Source: the human T2T-CHM13v2.0 reference genome, Homo sapiens
Strand: one strand, 5' to 3'
DNA length: 64,000 nucleotides
Assembly: GCF_009914755.1 (NCBI RefSeq)
Contig: NC_060947.1
The translations under genes and the position numbers were made by a program. The notes under the pieces are model-generated. The model saw nothing but the letters and a program-made list of their open reading frames with translations, did not search any database and had not been told where the DNA came from. Numbering within the stretch: position 1 is the stretch's first letter; each line of letters begins with the position of its first letter. Of the stretch, positions 1 to 31,220 are shown piece after piece.

Positions 1-227
1 CTAGCAGATAAGACTTAAAGTTCACCCAGAGCTCTGGGTGAACAAAACTCTCTGTTAATCTCCCGTGAAGAATCTAGGTGATTTTCAGTCCGGATGCCGT
101 GGCTCACGCCTGTCATCCCAGCACTTTGGGAGGCTGAGGCAGGTGGATCACATGAGGTCAGGAGTTTGAAACCGGCCTGACCAATATGGTGAATCACCAT
201 CTCTACTAAAAATACAAAAATTAGCTA

Positions 228-416
<189 letters not shown>

Positions 417-616
417 TCAGCCATCCCTTGGCAAGAAGGTTTGGGGCAATGAGATTGTGGTTGTGGTGAGGGCTGAGGGTTTCACAGAACAAACATTCCG
501 GCTTGCACAGTCTGATGCTTTACACTTTTGTTCTCAAGCATTCCCAATCGCTGACGGCTCAGAAGAGCGATTTTGAGCCCCCTGGGCGTGGGGTTCGCTT
601 TCTGGGGGCCACTTAC

Positions 617-983
<367 letters not shown>

Positions 984-1135
984 TAGCCAGGATGGTCTCG
1001 ATCTCCTGACCTCATGATCCACCCGCCTCGGCCTCCCAAAGTACTGGGATTACAGGCGTGAGCCACCGCGCCTGACGTATTGTATTGCATTGTATTGCAT
1101 TGTATTGTAGTGTAGTGTAGTGTAGTGTAGTGTAG

Positions 1136-1342
<207 letters not shown>

Positions 1343-1688
1343 TAGCCAGGATGGTCTCGATCTCCTGACCTCGTGATCCGCCCGCCTCATCCACCTAAAG
1401 TGCTGAGATTGCAGGCGTGAGCCACCGCGCCCGGCTGCTTTTGTTTTTGTTTTTGCAAAAGGTAAGTTCACCCACTAGTGCCATGCACAGATGTATCTGT
1501 ATAGATCAATCATGTATCCAACAACACATCCCCTGTGGATACCTAAGGTGGCATCGGAAACTGTCCCCATCGATCCACCTTACTGTCTTTCTCAAAACAC
1601 CACACACACCAACTTCAGAAATGGACTGGCCAGGTGCAGCGGCTCACGTCTGTAATCTTAACACTGGGAGGCCGAGGCGGGTGGATCA

Positions 1689-2321
<633 letters not shown>

Positions 2322-2489
2322 TAGCCAGGATGGTCTCCATCTCCTGACCTTGTGATCCGCCCACCTCGGCCTCCCAAAGTGCTGGGATTACAGGCATGAG
2401 CCACAGCGCCCGGCCAAGTCTCTCACTGTCAAAGAAGTCAGTTACAGGTTTGGAAAGATGGGGTACAGTGAACCTTGTCATGTTGGGTT

Positions 2490-4060
2490 CTAAGTGGAGG
2501 TATCTGGAGGATAGATAGATACAGATAGATAGATAAATGGTAATGTTAGATAGATAGAATTATATAGATGATGATAGAAATAGTTAGACAGACAGACACA
2601 GATAGATAGGGATGGGTAGGTAGATGGATGAATCAATGGACAGGTGGGTGTATAGGTGGAAGACAAGTGGATGGGTGGGTGGATGGGTGAGTGGATGGAT
2701 GAATAAATGGATGAACAGATACACAGGTGAATGGGTGGATGGGTGGATGGATGCATGGATAGATGGATACATAGATGTGTACATGGATGGGTGGATGGAT
2801 GGATGGATGAGTGGATGAAAGTGTGGGTGAATGCATAGGTGGATGGATGGTTTGATGGGTGGGTGGATGGATGTGTTGGTGGATGGATGGATAGATGGAT
2901 AAGTGGATGAAAGGATGGGTGGGTGGATGAGTGAGTCAGTGGATAAATAAATGGATGAACAGATACATAGGTGAATGGATGGATGGATGGATGGATGGAT
3001 GGATGCATGGATAGATGGATACGTAGATGTGTACATGGATGGGTGGGTGGGTGGATGGATGGGTGGATGGATGGATGGATGGATGGATGGATGGATAAGT
3101 GGATAAAAGTGTGGGTGAATGCATGGATAGATGGATGTATTGGTGGGTGGATGGGTGGATGGGTGGATGGATGGATGGATGGATGGATGGATGGATGGAT
3201 GGATGGATGGATGGATAAGTGGATAAAAGTGTGGGTGAATGCATGGATAGATGGATGTATTGGTGGATGGATGGGTGGATGGGTGGATGGATGGATGGAT
3301 GGATGGATAAGTGGATAAAAGTGTGGGTGAATGCATGGATAGATGGATGTATTGGTGGATGGATGGGTGGATGGATGGATGGATGGATAAGTGGATAAAA
3401 GTGTGGGTGAATGCATGGATAGATGGATGTATTGGTGGATGGATGGGTGGATGGATGGATGGATGGATAAGTGGATAAAAGTGTGGGTGAATGCATGGAT
3501 GGATGGATGTATTGGTGGATGGATGGGTGGATGGGTGGATGGATGGATGGATGGATGGATAAGTGGATAAAAGTGTGGGTGAATGCATGGATAGATGGAT
3601 GTATTGGTGGATGGATGGGTGGATGGATGGATGGATGGATAAGTGGATAAAAGTGTGGGTGAATGCATGGATGGATGGATGTATTGGTAGATGGATGGGT
3701 GGATGGGTGGATGGATGGATGGATGTATTGGTGGATGGATGGGTGGATGGGTGGATGGATGGATGGATGGATGATAGATGGGTGGATGGGAGGATGGATA
3801 GATAACAGATGGGTGGATGGTGGATGGATGGATGAGTGAATGAAAGGTTGGGTGGACGGATGGCTGGGTGGGTTGATGGGTGGGTGAATGTATGAGTGGA
3901 TGAATCGTTTGATAGATGGGTGGATGGATATATTAGTGGATGGATCAATGAATAATAGATGGATGGATAGTGGATGGATGGGTGATTAATGGGAAAAGAT
4001 AGATGAGATACATTGATGGATAGATTAAAAATGAATATATCTACCAATCAATCAATCAAT
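2490..4060. repeat. (GGAT)n/(GATA)n simple-repeat tract in CRLF2 intron 1 with ~60-bp higher-order units
   Basis: TGGA/TAGA runs; the unit GGATAAGTGGATAAAAGTGTGGGTGAATGCATGGATAGATGGATGTATTGG recurs through 3090-3730. Confidence 0.95.
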
Positions 4061-4370
4061 AGATAGACACACACACGCACACATACAGTTCCTAGTTCTG
4101 GCCACCGAAAGCTCATATAAGCAGTGGATATTCCGGGAGCAATAAGTATACTTAATATTCATGTATTTACTTATAAATATGTTTTGTCCCAGCTACTTGA
4201 GAAGCTGAGGCAGGAGAATTGCTTGAACCCGGAAAAAAAAAAAAAAAAAAAAAGAAAAGAAGAAAGAAACCTCCATGCTCATTGTTTAAGTTTTACAAAA
4301 TAAAGAGTGCCTGGTTGCAAAGCAAACCACAAACCAAAATACAACAAGAAGAGGGTGTTTAAATAATTAC

Positions 4371-4449
4371 CTGCTCCTCCTTGCCCCAAAGCCATCCAGC
4401 CTCCCAGCAGAAAGACCGCAGCTCCCCACAGCAGAACCAGCCGCCCCAT
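4371..4449 (-). CDS. CRLF2: CRLF2 coding exon 1 (signal peptide, MGRLVLLWGAAVFLLGGWMALGQGGA-)
   Basis: Reverse complement reads ATGGGGCGGCTGGTTCTGCTGTGGGGAGCTGCG...GGAGGAGCAG, followed by donor GTAATT (4370-4365). The 79-nt exon translates to the recognised N-terminus of human CRLF2/TSLPR. Confidence 0.97.
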
Positions 4450-4620
4450 GCCTGAAACAGGAGTGGAGAGTGAGGTCCTCAGGGACCTACAACGAACAGA
4501 TCACTCATGACTCATAAGCAGAGGTCACCATCGATTTTAAAAAGTCAGAAAGGAAACTAGGGAAATGATTACAGGCAGGAAGCACAGTGACAGTTGATTT
4601 TCAAAGATACACTTGTCAAG

Positions 4621-4661
<41 letters not shown>

Positions 4662-4699
4662 AATCCAGGATCAGGACTGCCACGCACACTGCTGAGCTG

Positions 4700-4700
<1 letters not shown>
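4450..4700 (-). promoter_or_regulatory. CRLF2: CRLF2 5'UTR / proximal promoter
   Basis: Immediately upstream of the ATG. Contains AP-1 TGACTCA (4508-4514), ETS-like CAGGAAGC (~4576-4583) and an (AC)~18 microsatellite (4622-4658). The exact TSS cannot be determined from sequence. Confidence 0.6.
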
Positions 4701-5765
<1,065 letters not shown>

Positions 5766-6849
5766 TGATCGGCCCGCTTCAGCCTCTCAAAGTGCTGGGA
5801 TTATAGGCGTGAGCCACCGTGCCCAGCTTTTCTTTCCTATTCTTTGAGACAAGGTGTTCGTCTGGTACCCACGCAGGAGTGTTGTGGTGCAATCAGGACT
5901 CACCACAGCCTCAAACAGCTTGGCTCAAGCAATCCTCTTGCCTCAACCTCCCTAGTAGCCGGGATTACAGATGCATGCCACCCACCCTGCTGATTTTTGT
6001 ATTTTTCATAGAGACGGGGTTTCACCATGTTGACCAGGCTGGTCTCAAACTCCTGGACTCAGGTGATCCACCCGCCTCGACCTCCCAAAGTGCTGGGATT
6101 ATAGGCGTTAGCCACCGCACCTGGCCTGAGCTTTGCTTGAAAGCATATCACAGAGCAGCCTGGCCAACATGGCGAAACCCTGTCTCTACTAAAAAAAAAA
6201 ATACAAAAATTAGCCAGGCGTGGTGGCACGCACCTGTAATCCCAGCTACTCAGGAGGCTGAGACGGGGAGAATCGCTTGAACCCAGGAGGCAGAGGTTGC
6301 AGCGAGCCAAGGTCACACCATTGCACTCCAGCCTTGTTGACAGAGCGAGACTCTGTCTCAAAAAAAAAAAAAAAATATGACATGCTAACTTTCTAAGCCC
6401 GGAATTCTTGCTCTCTGCTAAATGATGAGACTCGTGGATGAGTGTGCAGTTGTGTGGTCAGTGTTCTGTGATATACTCTGCACCCAAGCTGGGCTGGACA
6501 TCCAGAGACTTCATAGTTCATCTGTCTTCAGACAAACGCAGAGTTCACCTTTGCCGCTGACCAGCTTCCCAGACCAAGGGACTCAAGCTTGTAGGCATTC
6601 TCCTCGTAACACCACAAACACTGTGATGGTAGCATATGCTGGGTAGATGGGGCCCCAGTTTAAGACTGTAGAGGACCGGGCACGGTGGCTCACGCCTGTC
6701 ATCCCAGCACTCTGGGAGGCCGAGGCCGGAGGATCCCCTGAGGTCAGGAGTTCGAGACCAGCCTGGCCAACACGGTGAAACCCCGTCTCTGCTAAAAATA
6801 CAAAAATTAGCCGGGCGTGGTGGTGGGTGCCTGTTATCCCAACTACTCA

Positions 6850-6954
<105 letters not shown>

Positions 6955-7297
6955 TCAAAATATATAAATAAATAAATAAGTGAATAAATAAAAGTCTGGA
7001 GAGAGCTGGTTGGAACAGACATGTCATCTTAAAAGATCTCGGCTCATGCCTGGAGATTCCTTGCGGTCAAAACACAAGTGTGCCAGGCAGAGCAGGTGAT
7101 TCCTGTTGGTTGCCACCACTCCTTCGTACAAGCAAAGCAGAAGTGATTGTGGGAACTGTTTAGAGATGCGGTTTGGGGACTTTCAGAGCACAAATGCAGG
7201 ATCTTTCTCCAGTACGTGACGGAAGAATTTTAGGTGTTCTTTTGCTTGACAGCAGGAAGATTGGATTAACCGTGAGTGACCAGTTTGAGACCACTAA

Positions 7298-7870
<573 letters not shown>

Positions 7871-8327
7871 TGATCCGCCAGCCTCAGCCTCCCAAAATGC
7901 TGGGATGATGGGCATGAGCCACCGCGCCCCGCCCAATGCTTTCATTATTGAGAGCTCTGAGCTCCATGGTTCGTCATGGAAGAGATAAAATAATCCAAAT
8001 AATGACACAGTGTGAAAGGTTAGATGACAACGTTGACCAGAATACCATGTCTCACGGAACCCTGTAGAGAGTAGGGGACAAGAAGGAAGTGTGAGCCTCA
8101 AGAACCATCTCCTGCCGGGCTCATTGGTTCATGCCTGTCATCCCAGCACTTTGTGAGGCCGAGGCGGGAGGATCACCTGAGGTCAGGAGTTCAAGACCAG
8201 CCTGGCCAACATGGAGAAACTCCGTCTCTACTAAAAATACAAAAATTAGCCAGGCGTGGTGGCAGGTGCCTGTAATCCCAGCACTTTGGGAGGCTGAGGC
8301 GGGAGGATCATCTGACTTCTGGAGTTA

Positions 8328-8579
<252 letters not shown>

Positions 8580-8893
8580 CTACAGATGACAGAAATGGCT
8601 TCATTCAATACTCACTCAAGATACATTTGTTGAGGGTCTGTTATCTCCCAGGCACTGGGGAGGTGACAATAATATCACCTAGCTCAGAGAGACAAAGTGA
8701 TAATATACATAAAACATTGAGCATTGTTCTGAATTCAGCCCCCAATCAATGTCCACTGTTACTACTGGACAGTAGATACTGTCGCATGCAAAGTAGGCAA
8801 GTCTGCAGAGAGAGAGAAAGGAGGTTGGCCTACAAACAGACAGGACTCCCTGCCCTCGTGAAGAATGCGTTCTGTAGGACGAGACGAAGCTTA

Positions 8894-9445
<552 letters not shown>

Positions 9446-9459
9446 TCAACATTCATTCA

Positions 9460-9785
<326 letters not shown>

Positions 9786-9842
9786 TCACGGTGGCTCACG
9801 TCTATAATCCCAGCACTTTGGGAGGCTGAGGCGGGTGGATCA

Positions 9843-10052
<210 letters not shown>

Positions 10053-10226
10053 CTATCTCACAAAAAAGAAAAAAAAAGAGAGAGAAAAAAGGAAAGGAAA
10101 AGGGAATTGGAGGGGGAGGAAGGGCAGAGGCAGAACTGCTGATTTCTGTGGTCAGGAAGGTTTTCGGACTGAGGACCTTCAGGCGTAAAGGAAGAAGCCC
10201 CTAAACCCAGCCTTGGCATCTCACTT

Positions 10227-10447
10227 ACCCAGGGGTTCTTGACCTCTACCCTCGTGAGATTTTAGCTGGATAATTCTTGGTTGTGTGGGCTGTGTTATGC
10301 TTCATAGGATGCTGAGAAGTGTCCATGACCTCCACCCACTAAATGTCAGCAGCCCCTCCCAGCTCTTGCTGTGACAACCAAAAATTCCACTGAGGTTGCC
10401 AAGGGTTCCCTGGGGGGTGAAATCACTCCTCATTGTAAATCGCTGCC
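10227..10447. mobile_element. MER20-like hAT DNA transposon (similar copies at ~13219-13410 and ~42080-42316)
   Basis: CAGGGGTTCT..CCT...GGATAATTCTT..TGTG.GGGCTGT...GTGACAACCAAAAA...TTGCCAAG..TTCCCTGGGG pattern typical of MER20. Confidence 0.7.
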
Positions 10448-13190
<2,743 letters not shown>

Positions 13191-13793
13191 CAAGATAAAG
13201 AGAATTTCTCACGCTAAGTCAGGGTTTCTCAACTTTGAAGCTGTTTCCGCCCAGGATATTCTCATCTGCGTCGTTCTCTGCTGTGAGGCCGTCCTGTGCA
13301 TTGGGGGATGTGGGGCAAACGTCTAGACCATACCCAGTAAATGTCAGCAGTATCCCCCACCAAGTCATGACAAGCAAAAACGTCTCCATCCTTTTCCAAA
13401 TGTCCACTGAAAGTTGAGAGAGAGACCTCCCTTCCTCTCCCGTCCCAACCCTCCATTGTCCCCAGCGCCGCCCCAGGGTCACTGGAGCTTCCAGCTCTTC
13501 TCCAAATGCCTTCTGGGAGCTGTGATTTCAGGAATTTTACGCAACAAGAGGAGACAATTGTAGGCTGATAACAAGGGGAGACCTGCGGGCCACAGAGGCC
13601 AATCCAAAGTCAAACTAGACAACCAGGGTTCACCTTAGTTCTTCTGAGACTCAGGAATTGTAATCTGGAGAAATGGGTCTTTCATGGAGACAGAAACACA
13701 TGGTTCCTGAAAATGGATTATTACAGCTACTCAGCTCAATTAAATTTAAAAAAAGGAGTATTTGCTCTTGGGGGAACCCGTAATGCATGATGA

Positions 13794-14213
<420 letters not shown>

Positions 14214-14282
14214 TGATCCACCCACCTCAGCCTCCTAAAGTGCTGGGATTACAGGCATGAGCCACCATGCCTGGCTGCCAGG

Positions 14283-14723
14283 TGTTATATGTAAAGTTTC
14301 AGTGCCACAAAAGGAATAGCACTCAAATATAAAATTTTCTTTTTAATTCTCAGCAAGGCAAGGTACTTCTATAGAAGGGTGTCCCGTACAGATGGAACAA
14401 TGGCAAGTGCATAGCTGGACAAGGGAGGGGAAGGGGTCCTTATCCCTGACGTACGTGGCCCCTGTGCTGTGTCGTTCCTCTGTTGGCTAGGGTTAGACCG
14501 CACAGGCTAAACTAATAACGATTGGCTAATTTAAAGAGAGTGACGGGGTGAGTGCTTTGGGGGGAGTCAGGGAAGAGCAGATAGCATGTAATCGGAATGA
14601 GTCAGGGTGGAGCAGGTGATCGAAAAAGTTTGCTTTACAAGGAAGTTAAAAAGTAGAAGGCAAACGATTGAACATACTAACATATTAACTCTTTGAAAAG
14701 AAACTTAGAACTCATATCTAATA
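14283..14723 (-). mobile_element. Solo LTR10-family (ERV1) LTR
   Basis: Begins TGTTATATGTAAAGTTTCAGTGCC and ends ...AACTTAGAACTCATATCTAATA, the reverse of the recalled LTR10 5' end TGTTAGATATGAGTTCTAA. Contains TGAGTCA at 14598-14604. Confidence 0.75.
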
Positions 14724-15129
14724 CGGGGAAATTCGTCAGCCACTTCAGTGCTCTGGCTTTTCCCTTTACAAGGGTATACGTTTGGGGGCATTAAGGTCTG
14801 AAGGGGCAGGCAAAGCACGTCCTCCTTTCTGGACTCCAGAGTGGAAACTTATTCTACGCACGTTCTGAAGGTCATCCTTGTCTGTCATGCAGATGACACA
14901 CACCCAACTGCCCCGCTTCCTTTTTCTTCATCATCTTTATCCCAAACCACAAACCAATATTCTGTTGTTTGTGTTTCACAATAGCAGGCATGGACAATGA
15001 GTCAGCTGGGAGGAAAACAGGAGGATGGCAGCCATCAAACATCTCTTCCAATGCAGCTCAACATGGAACAGCTGCTCTAAGAAGGCCTTTCTAATTTCTT
15101 CCATAGATTGCTTTTTACTAATCCTGAGT

Positions 15130-16010
15130 GAGGGGATTGTTTTGGTTATCAATTGTCATGTGACACATTAACCTGGAAACATAGAGGCATTGAGGAACTC
15201 CAACTTGTTGTTATGTGGTGTGATTCTGAGGGCTGACAGGGCTCAGCTGGGAGGTTCTTCTGCTCCATGTGGTGTTGACTGGGGCTGTAGGAAACTGGAG
15301 GATTGATTGGGCAGGTGTGTTCTAGTTGGTTCAATCACATGTCTTGTAGCTGGGCTGAAGTTCAACTAAGGACTTGACTTGGGCTGTGTCTATCTGCTGG
15401 CTTAATGGATCCAGAACATTCTAGATGGCTCACTCATATACCTGGAAGCTGGGCTGTGTGTCAGCTGACTTGGGCCGTACCTATCTGCTGGCTTAATGGA
15501 TCCAGAACATTCTAGATGGTTCCTTCACATACCTGGAAGCTGGGCTGAGTGTCATCTGATAGTGCTTAACTCAGGCCGTATCTATCTACAAACTTAATAC
15601 GTCCAGAACATTCTCAAGGGCCCATTCATTTGGAAGCCCACCTGGAGGCTGAGTGGAAAGTCAGCTGAGAGCTTGGCTTGGACCCTATCTATCTGCAAAC
15701 CTCAGAACATTCTCAAGGGCCCATTGATTTGGAAGCTCACCTGGAAGCTAGGCAGGTCAGTTGAGAGCTAGACTTGGGCTGTATCTATCTATGTGCAGAC
15801 TTACTTGGTGCAGAATCTTCTGGATGGTTGACTTACATATGTGGAAGCTGGGCGGAGACTCAGCCCATTTGTGCTGGAAGGCTGATAGAACCAGAACATT
15901 CCGGAAGGTTCGCTCACATGACTTTCATTTCCACCCCATTCTATTGGCCAAAGCAAACCATGGGTTAGCCCAGACTCAATGGAAGACAAAGTGTACTCCA
16001 GCTCTCCTGG
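15130..16010. mobile_element. Old MaLR (MLT1-type) LTR with internal ~90-100-bp degenerate tandem units
   Basis: GGCTCAGCTGGGAGGTTCTTCTGCTCCA and ATTCTATTGGCCAAAGCAA motifs. TATCTGCTGGCTTAATGGATCCAGAACATTCTAGATGG repeats at ~15391 and ~15482, with further degenerate copies to ~15900. Confidence 0.55.
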
Positions 16011-16080
16011 GGGTTTGGGAAAAGGGCTCTGTGAAGCATTTGCACCCACCTTTCTTTCTCCACAATAGGTACCTCCTTTA

Positions 16081-16407
<327 letters not shown>

Positions 16408-16454
16408 TCACACCTGTAATCCCAGCACTTTGGGAGGCCGAAGTGGGCGGATCA

Positions 16455-16730
<276 letters not shown>

Positions 16731-17959
16731 TTAAATTACATAAAAATTAAAAAAATAAAATACAGGCTAGTGTTACTTCAAAAAAACAAAAACTTCATTC
16801 TCGGCTTTAACTCAAGATTCGGTCTCCTCATCGCCAGGGTAAAGCCTCAATCTTAAATGTCAAACACTTTCTGTATTGAATTGAGTCAAAATGTACATTG
16901 TGAGGTGATCTCTTATCTCTAGCTGTTTCTGTTTCGAAAAATCTGCCAGACCAGCTGAATCTAATCATGAAAAAGAAATAGGGGCTTGCTGCCGTGAGCA
17001 GTGTGGTTTCCTATCAGATTAAGTGCCGAGCCAAAGCCAATTGACTCCACCTTGCTGTGAGGATTCCCCTCCCCGTCCCAACCCTCCATTGTCCCCAATG
17101 CCCCAGGGACACTGGAGCTTCCAGCTCTTCTCCAGTTGACTTCTGGGGGCTGTGATTTCAGGAATTTTACACAGGAAGCGGAGACAATTGTAGGCTGATA
17201 ACGAGGGGAGACCTGCAGGCTGCAGAGGCCAATCCCAAGTCAAAATACATAACCAGGGTTCACCTTGGTCCTTCTGAGACTGAGGAATTGTGATCTGGAG
17301 AAATGGGTCTTTCACGGAGACAGAAACGTGTGGTTCCTGAAAATGGATTATTACAGCTACTCAGCTCAATTAAATTTAAAAAAAAGGAGTATTTGCTCTT
17401 CAGGGCAACCATAACAGAAGGGTTTCCCCACTCCAGCAGAGGGAACGGTTATATGCATAGTACTGCAGTGTTTTATTTTATTTTATTTTATTTTTTGAGG
17501 CAGAGTCTTGCTCTGTCACCCAGGCTAGAGTGCAATGGTGAGATCTCGGCTCACTGCAACCTCCGCCTCCTGGGTTCAAGCGATTCTCCTGCCTCAGCCT
17601 CCTGAGTAGCTGGGAGTACAGTTGCCCGCCACCACGTCAGGCTAACTTTTGTATTTTTAGTAGAGACGGGATTTCACCATGTTGGCCAGGCTAGTCTCGA
17701 ACTCCCGACCTCATGATCCACCCGCCTTGGCCTCCCTAAGTGCTGGGATTACAGGCGTGTGCCGCCGCGCCCTGCCACAGCAGTGTTTTATAGCACAGGA
17801 TGATGCTAGGAGTCTGTTGTGATTTCATTTGTTTGAGGCAAGATTTTGTTCTGGGCTGGGTACAGCCAAGAACTGTACTACTGCACTCCAGCCTGGGCAA
17901 CAGAGTGAGAATCCATCTCAACAAAAAATAATAAATAAATAAATTGATATATGAATTGT

Positions 17960-20115
<2,156 letters not shown>

Positions 20116-20419
20116 TGATCCACCCAACTCTGCCTCCCGAAGTGTTGGGATTACAGGCATAAGCCACTGCGCCCGGCCCTATTCCTTTATTGTTATAAAA
20201 TAATAATAATAATGTAATTAAGTAAATGGTCCTTCACCTCTCTGTTCAACCATTTTCCTACCCTTGATTTACCATCAACTGCCTTTTTTTTTTTTTTTTT
20301 TGGAAAAGTGTGGAGTTATTCCAAAGAAAACCTCCTATAGGTAATGTGTAAACATCGTGACCAGAAATCCTGGAGATCCACGAAGGCAACTACAAAGACT
20401 ATGAAGGGAAACTACAGAA

Positions 20420-21830
<1,411 letters not shown>

Positions 21831-21989
21831 GTTTTTTGTTTGTTTGTCTTTTTGTTTGTAGAGAAGTTCAGGTTTAAAGAAAAACTGAGCAGGGGCCGGG
21901 CGTGGCGGCTCACGCCTGTGATCCCAGGACTTTGGGAGGCCGAGGCAGGTGGATCACCTGAGGTCAGGAGTTGGAGAACAGCCTGGCCA

Positions 21990-23985
<1,996 letters not shown>

Positions 23986-24250
23986 TTTTATGTATGAATT
24001 AGAATGAATAAATACATTTCCTAATGAGATAGAATGAAAGAGAAGGCCTCCTTCTGTGTGGCAGGTCTGCGAAAGTCTCTCTGATCTGAATTGCAAACCG
24101 TTTCTTGCAGTTCCTTCTGCTTTGTGATAAAAATCAACGGTTGCAGAGATCAAGGGGCTCAGAACACTGCGTGTGGCTCAGCGCTGGGCTTGCATCTTGA
24201 GATGTATGGCTTTATTCGCTCCCTACTACAGACTTGTCAGGGAGACCTGA

Positions 24251-24538
<288 letters not shown>

Positions 24539-24589
24539 TGAGTCACTGCGCCCGGCCGATCCGTGCCTGCATTACAAACGTGTGATCTA

Positions 24590-24860
24590 AACACCAGCGA
24601 GGTGAAATGTCCAAGATAAGAGGCAACCACTCGCCAGGTGCTTTGTGTGAGCAAAATAAAGCTGTTTATTCACTCGGGTGCAAGTAGGCTGAGTCCGAAG
24701 AGACGGTCAGCAAAGGGAGATGGGGAAGTTGTGGCTTTATAGGAGTTGGGTAGGTAATGGAAAATTACAGCAAAACGTGGTTCTCTATTGTTAGCACGGG
24801 AGGGGGTTTGCAAGGGGCATGGTGAATGAGAAGGGAAGGGATAGTATAACATTATTGATA
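24590..24860 (-). mobile_element. LTR7-like (HERV-H LTR) 3' fragment
   Basis: GCTTTGTGTGAGCAAAATAAAGCTGTTTATTCACTCGGGTGCAAGTAGGCTGAGTCCGAA is the reverse of the LTR7 polyA/U5 region. Confidence 0.65.
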
Positions 24861-25039
24861 AACTACGCTAGACGCCAAGGCTCATGCGTGTAATCCCAGC
24901 ACTTTGGGAGGCCGAGGCGGGCTGATCACGAGGCCAGGAGATCGAGACCAGCCTGGCCAACATAGTGAAACCCCGTGTCCGCTAAAAATACAAAAATTAG
25001 CCGGGCGTGGTGGTGGGTGCCTGTATTCCCAGCTACTCA

Positions 25040-25141
<102 letters not shown>

Positions 25142-25372
25142 TCAGAAAAAAAAAAGAAGGAAGGGAGGGAGGGAGGGAAGGAAGGAAGGAAAGAAGGAAG
25201 GAAGGAAGGAAGGAAAAGATGCAACCACCATTGGATAAAGAAAATGCGGTACATTAGAGGCCGGGTGCAGTGGCTCACACCTGTAATCCCAGCATTTTGG
25301 GAGGACGAGATGGGTGGATCACCAGGTCAGGAGATCGAGACCATCCTGGGTAACAGGAGACCAGCCTGGCTA

Positions 25373-25847
<475 letters not shown>

Positions 25848-26475
25848 TCACGCCTTACAAATCATAAGTTTTCATTCAGTGGGTTTTATTTATCGCTATA
25901 TATCATGACTTACTTTACGGTCGGGCTGTGGTATCACATTATGTGACAAAGAAGCAAGGCAAAATATTTTGCCCCCAAACATGTTCCTTTGCTATATTTG
26001 GAAATGGCCCCGCAGAGCTGTCCTTTGTGGGGGGAAACTGGCATCTGTAAAGAATCTCTTTTGACGTAGTTAGATCTTTTTCTTCCAGGCCCTCCCAATC
26101 CTGAAGACATTAGCGGAGAGTCTAGCAGCTTTTAAAGGTCTGAATAGGGCCGGGCGCGGTGGCTCACGCCTGTCATCCCAGCACTTTGGGAGGTCGAGGC
26201 GGGCGGATCATGAGGTCAGGAGATCGAGACCATCCTGGCTAACAGGGTGAAACCTCATCTCTACTAAAAATACAAAAAATTAGCCGGGCGTGGAGGGTGC
26301 CTGCAGTCCCAGCTACTCAGGAGGCCGAGGCAGGAGAATGGTGTGAATCCGGGAGGCGGAGGTTACAATGAGCAGAGATCGTGCCACTGCACTCCGGCCT
26401 GGGCCACAGAGCGAGACTCCATCTCAAAAAAATTTAAAAAATAAGTAAATAAATATATAAATAATAAAGGTCTGA

Positions 26476-29560
<3,085 letters not shown>

Positions 29561-30268
29561 AAAAAACAAAATAAATAAAAATACAAAATAAATAAAATAA
29601 AATACAAATAAAATAAAATACAAAATAAATAAAAATACAAAAATTAAATAAATAATACAAAAAAAATAAATACAAAAAATACAAAAATTAATAAATAAAT
29701 AAAAATAAATAAAAATACAAAAATTAGCCAGGCTTGGTGGTGGGTGGTGGGATTACACACGTGAGCCACCACTCCCGGCCTTATCCCCCGCCTTTCTACA
29801 CTGAAGCAATGTTCATCTTACCCACACTGATGGATGTTTCACATCTCCCTAAAATGTATGAAACCAAGCTGCGCCCGGACCACCCTCGGCATCTGTCATC
29901 AGGACCTTCTGAGGCTGCGTCACAGGGACGAATCTTCACGTCCTCAACCTTGGCAAAATAAACTTTCTAAATTAACTGAGACCTGCGGCCGGGCATGGGG
30001 GCTCACGCCTGTAATCCCAGCAATTTGGGAGGCCAAGGTGGGCGGATCACCTGAGGTCAGGAGTTCAAGACCAGCCTGGTCAACATGGTGAAACCCCATC
30101 TCTACTAAAAATACAAAAATTAGCCGGGTGTGGTGGCGGGTGCCTGTAATCCCAGCTATCCAGGAGGCTGAGACAGGAGAATCTCTTGAACCCGGAGGCA
30201 GAGGTTGCAGTGAGCCAAGATCATACCACTGCACTCCAGCCTGGGTAACAGAGTTAGACTCTGCCTCA

Positions 30269-30436
<168 letters not shown>

Positions 30437-30536
30437 TCAAAAAATAAAATAAAACAGGCCGGGTGCGGTGGCTCATGCCTGTCATCCCAGCATTTAGTGA
30501 GGCCGAGGCGGGTGGATCACCTGAGGTTGGGAGTTA

Positions 30537-31220
<684 letters not shown>

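Noticed and set aside
2490-4047. Long His/Pro/Ser/Ile-rich ORFs (392 and 487 aa) and similar ORFs at 10.6-13.2 kb and 17.7-19.5 kb
   Set aside because: Translations of (ATCC)n/(ATCT)n simple repeats, open in several frames because of low complexity.
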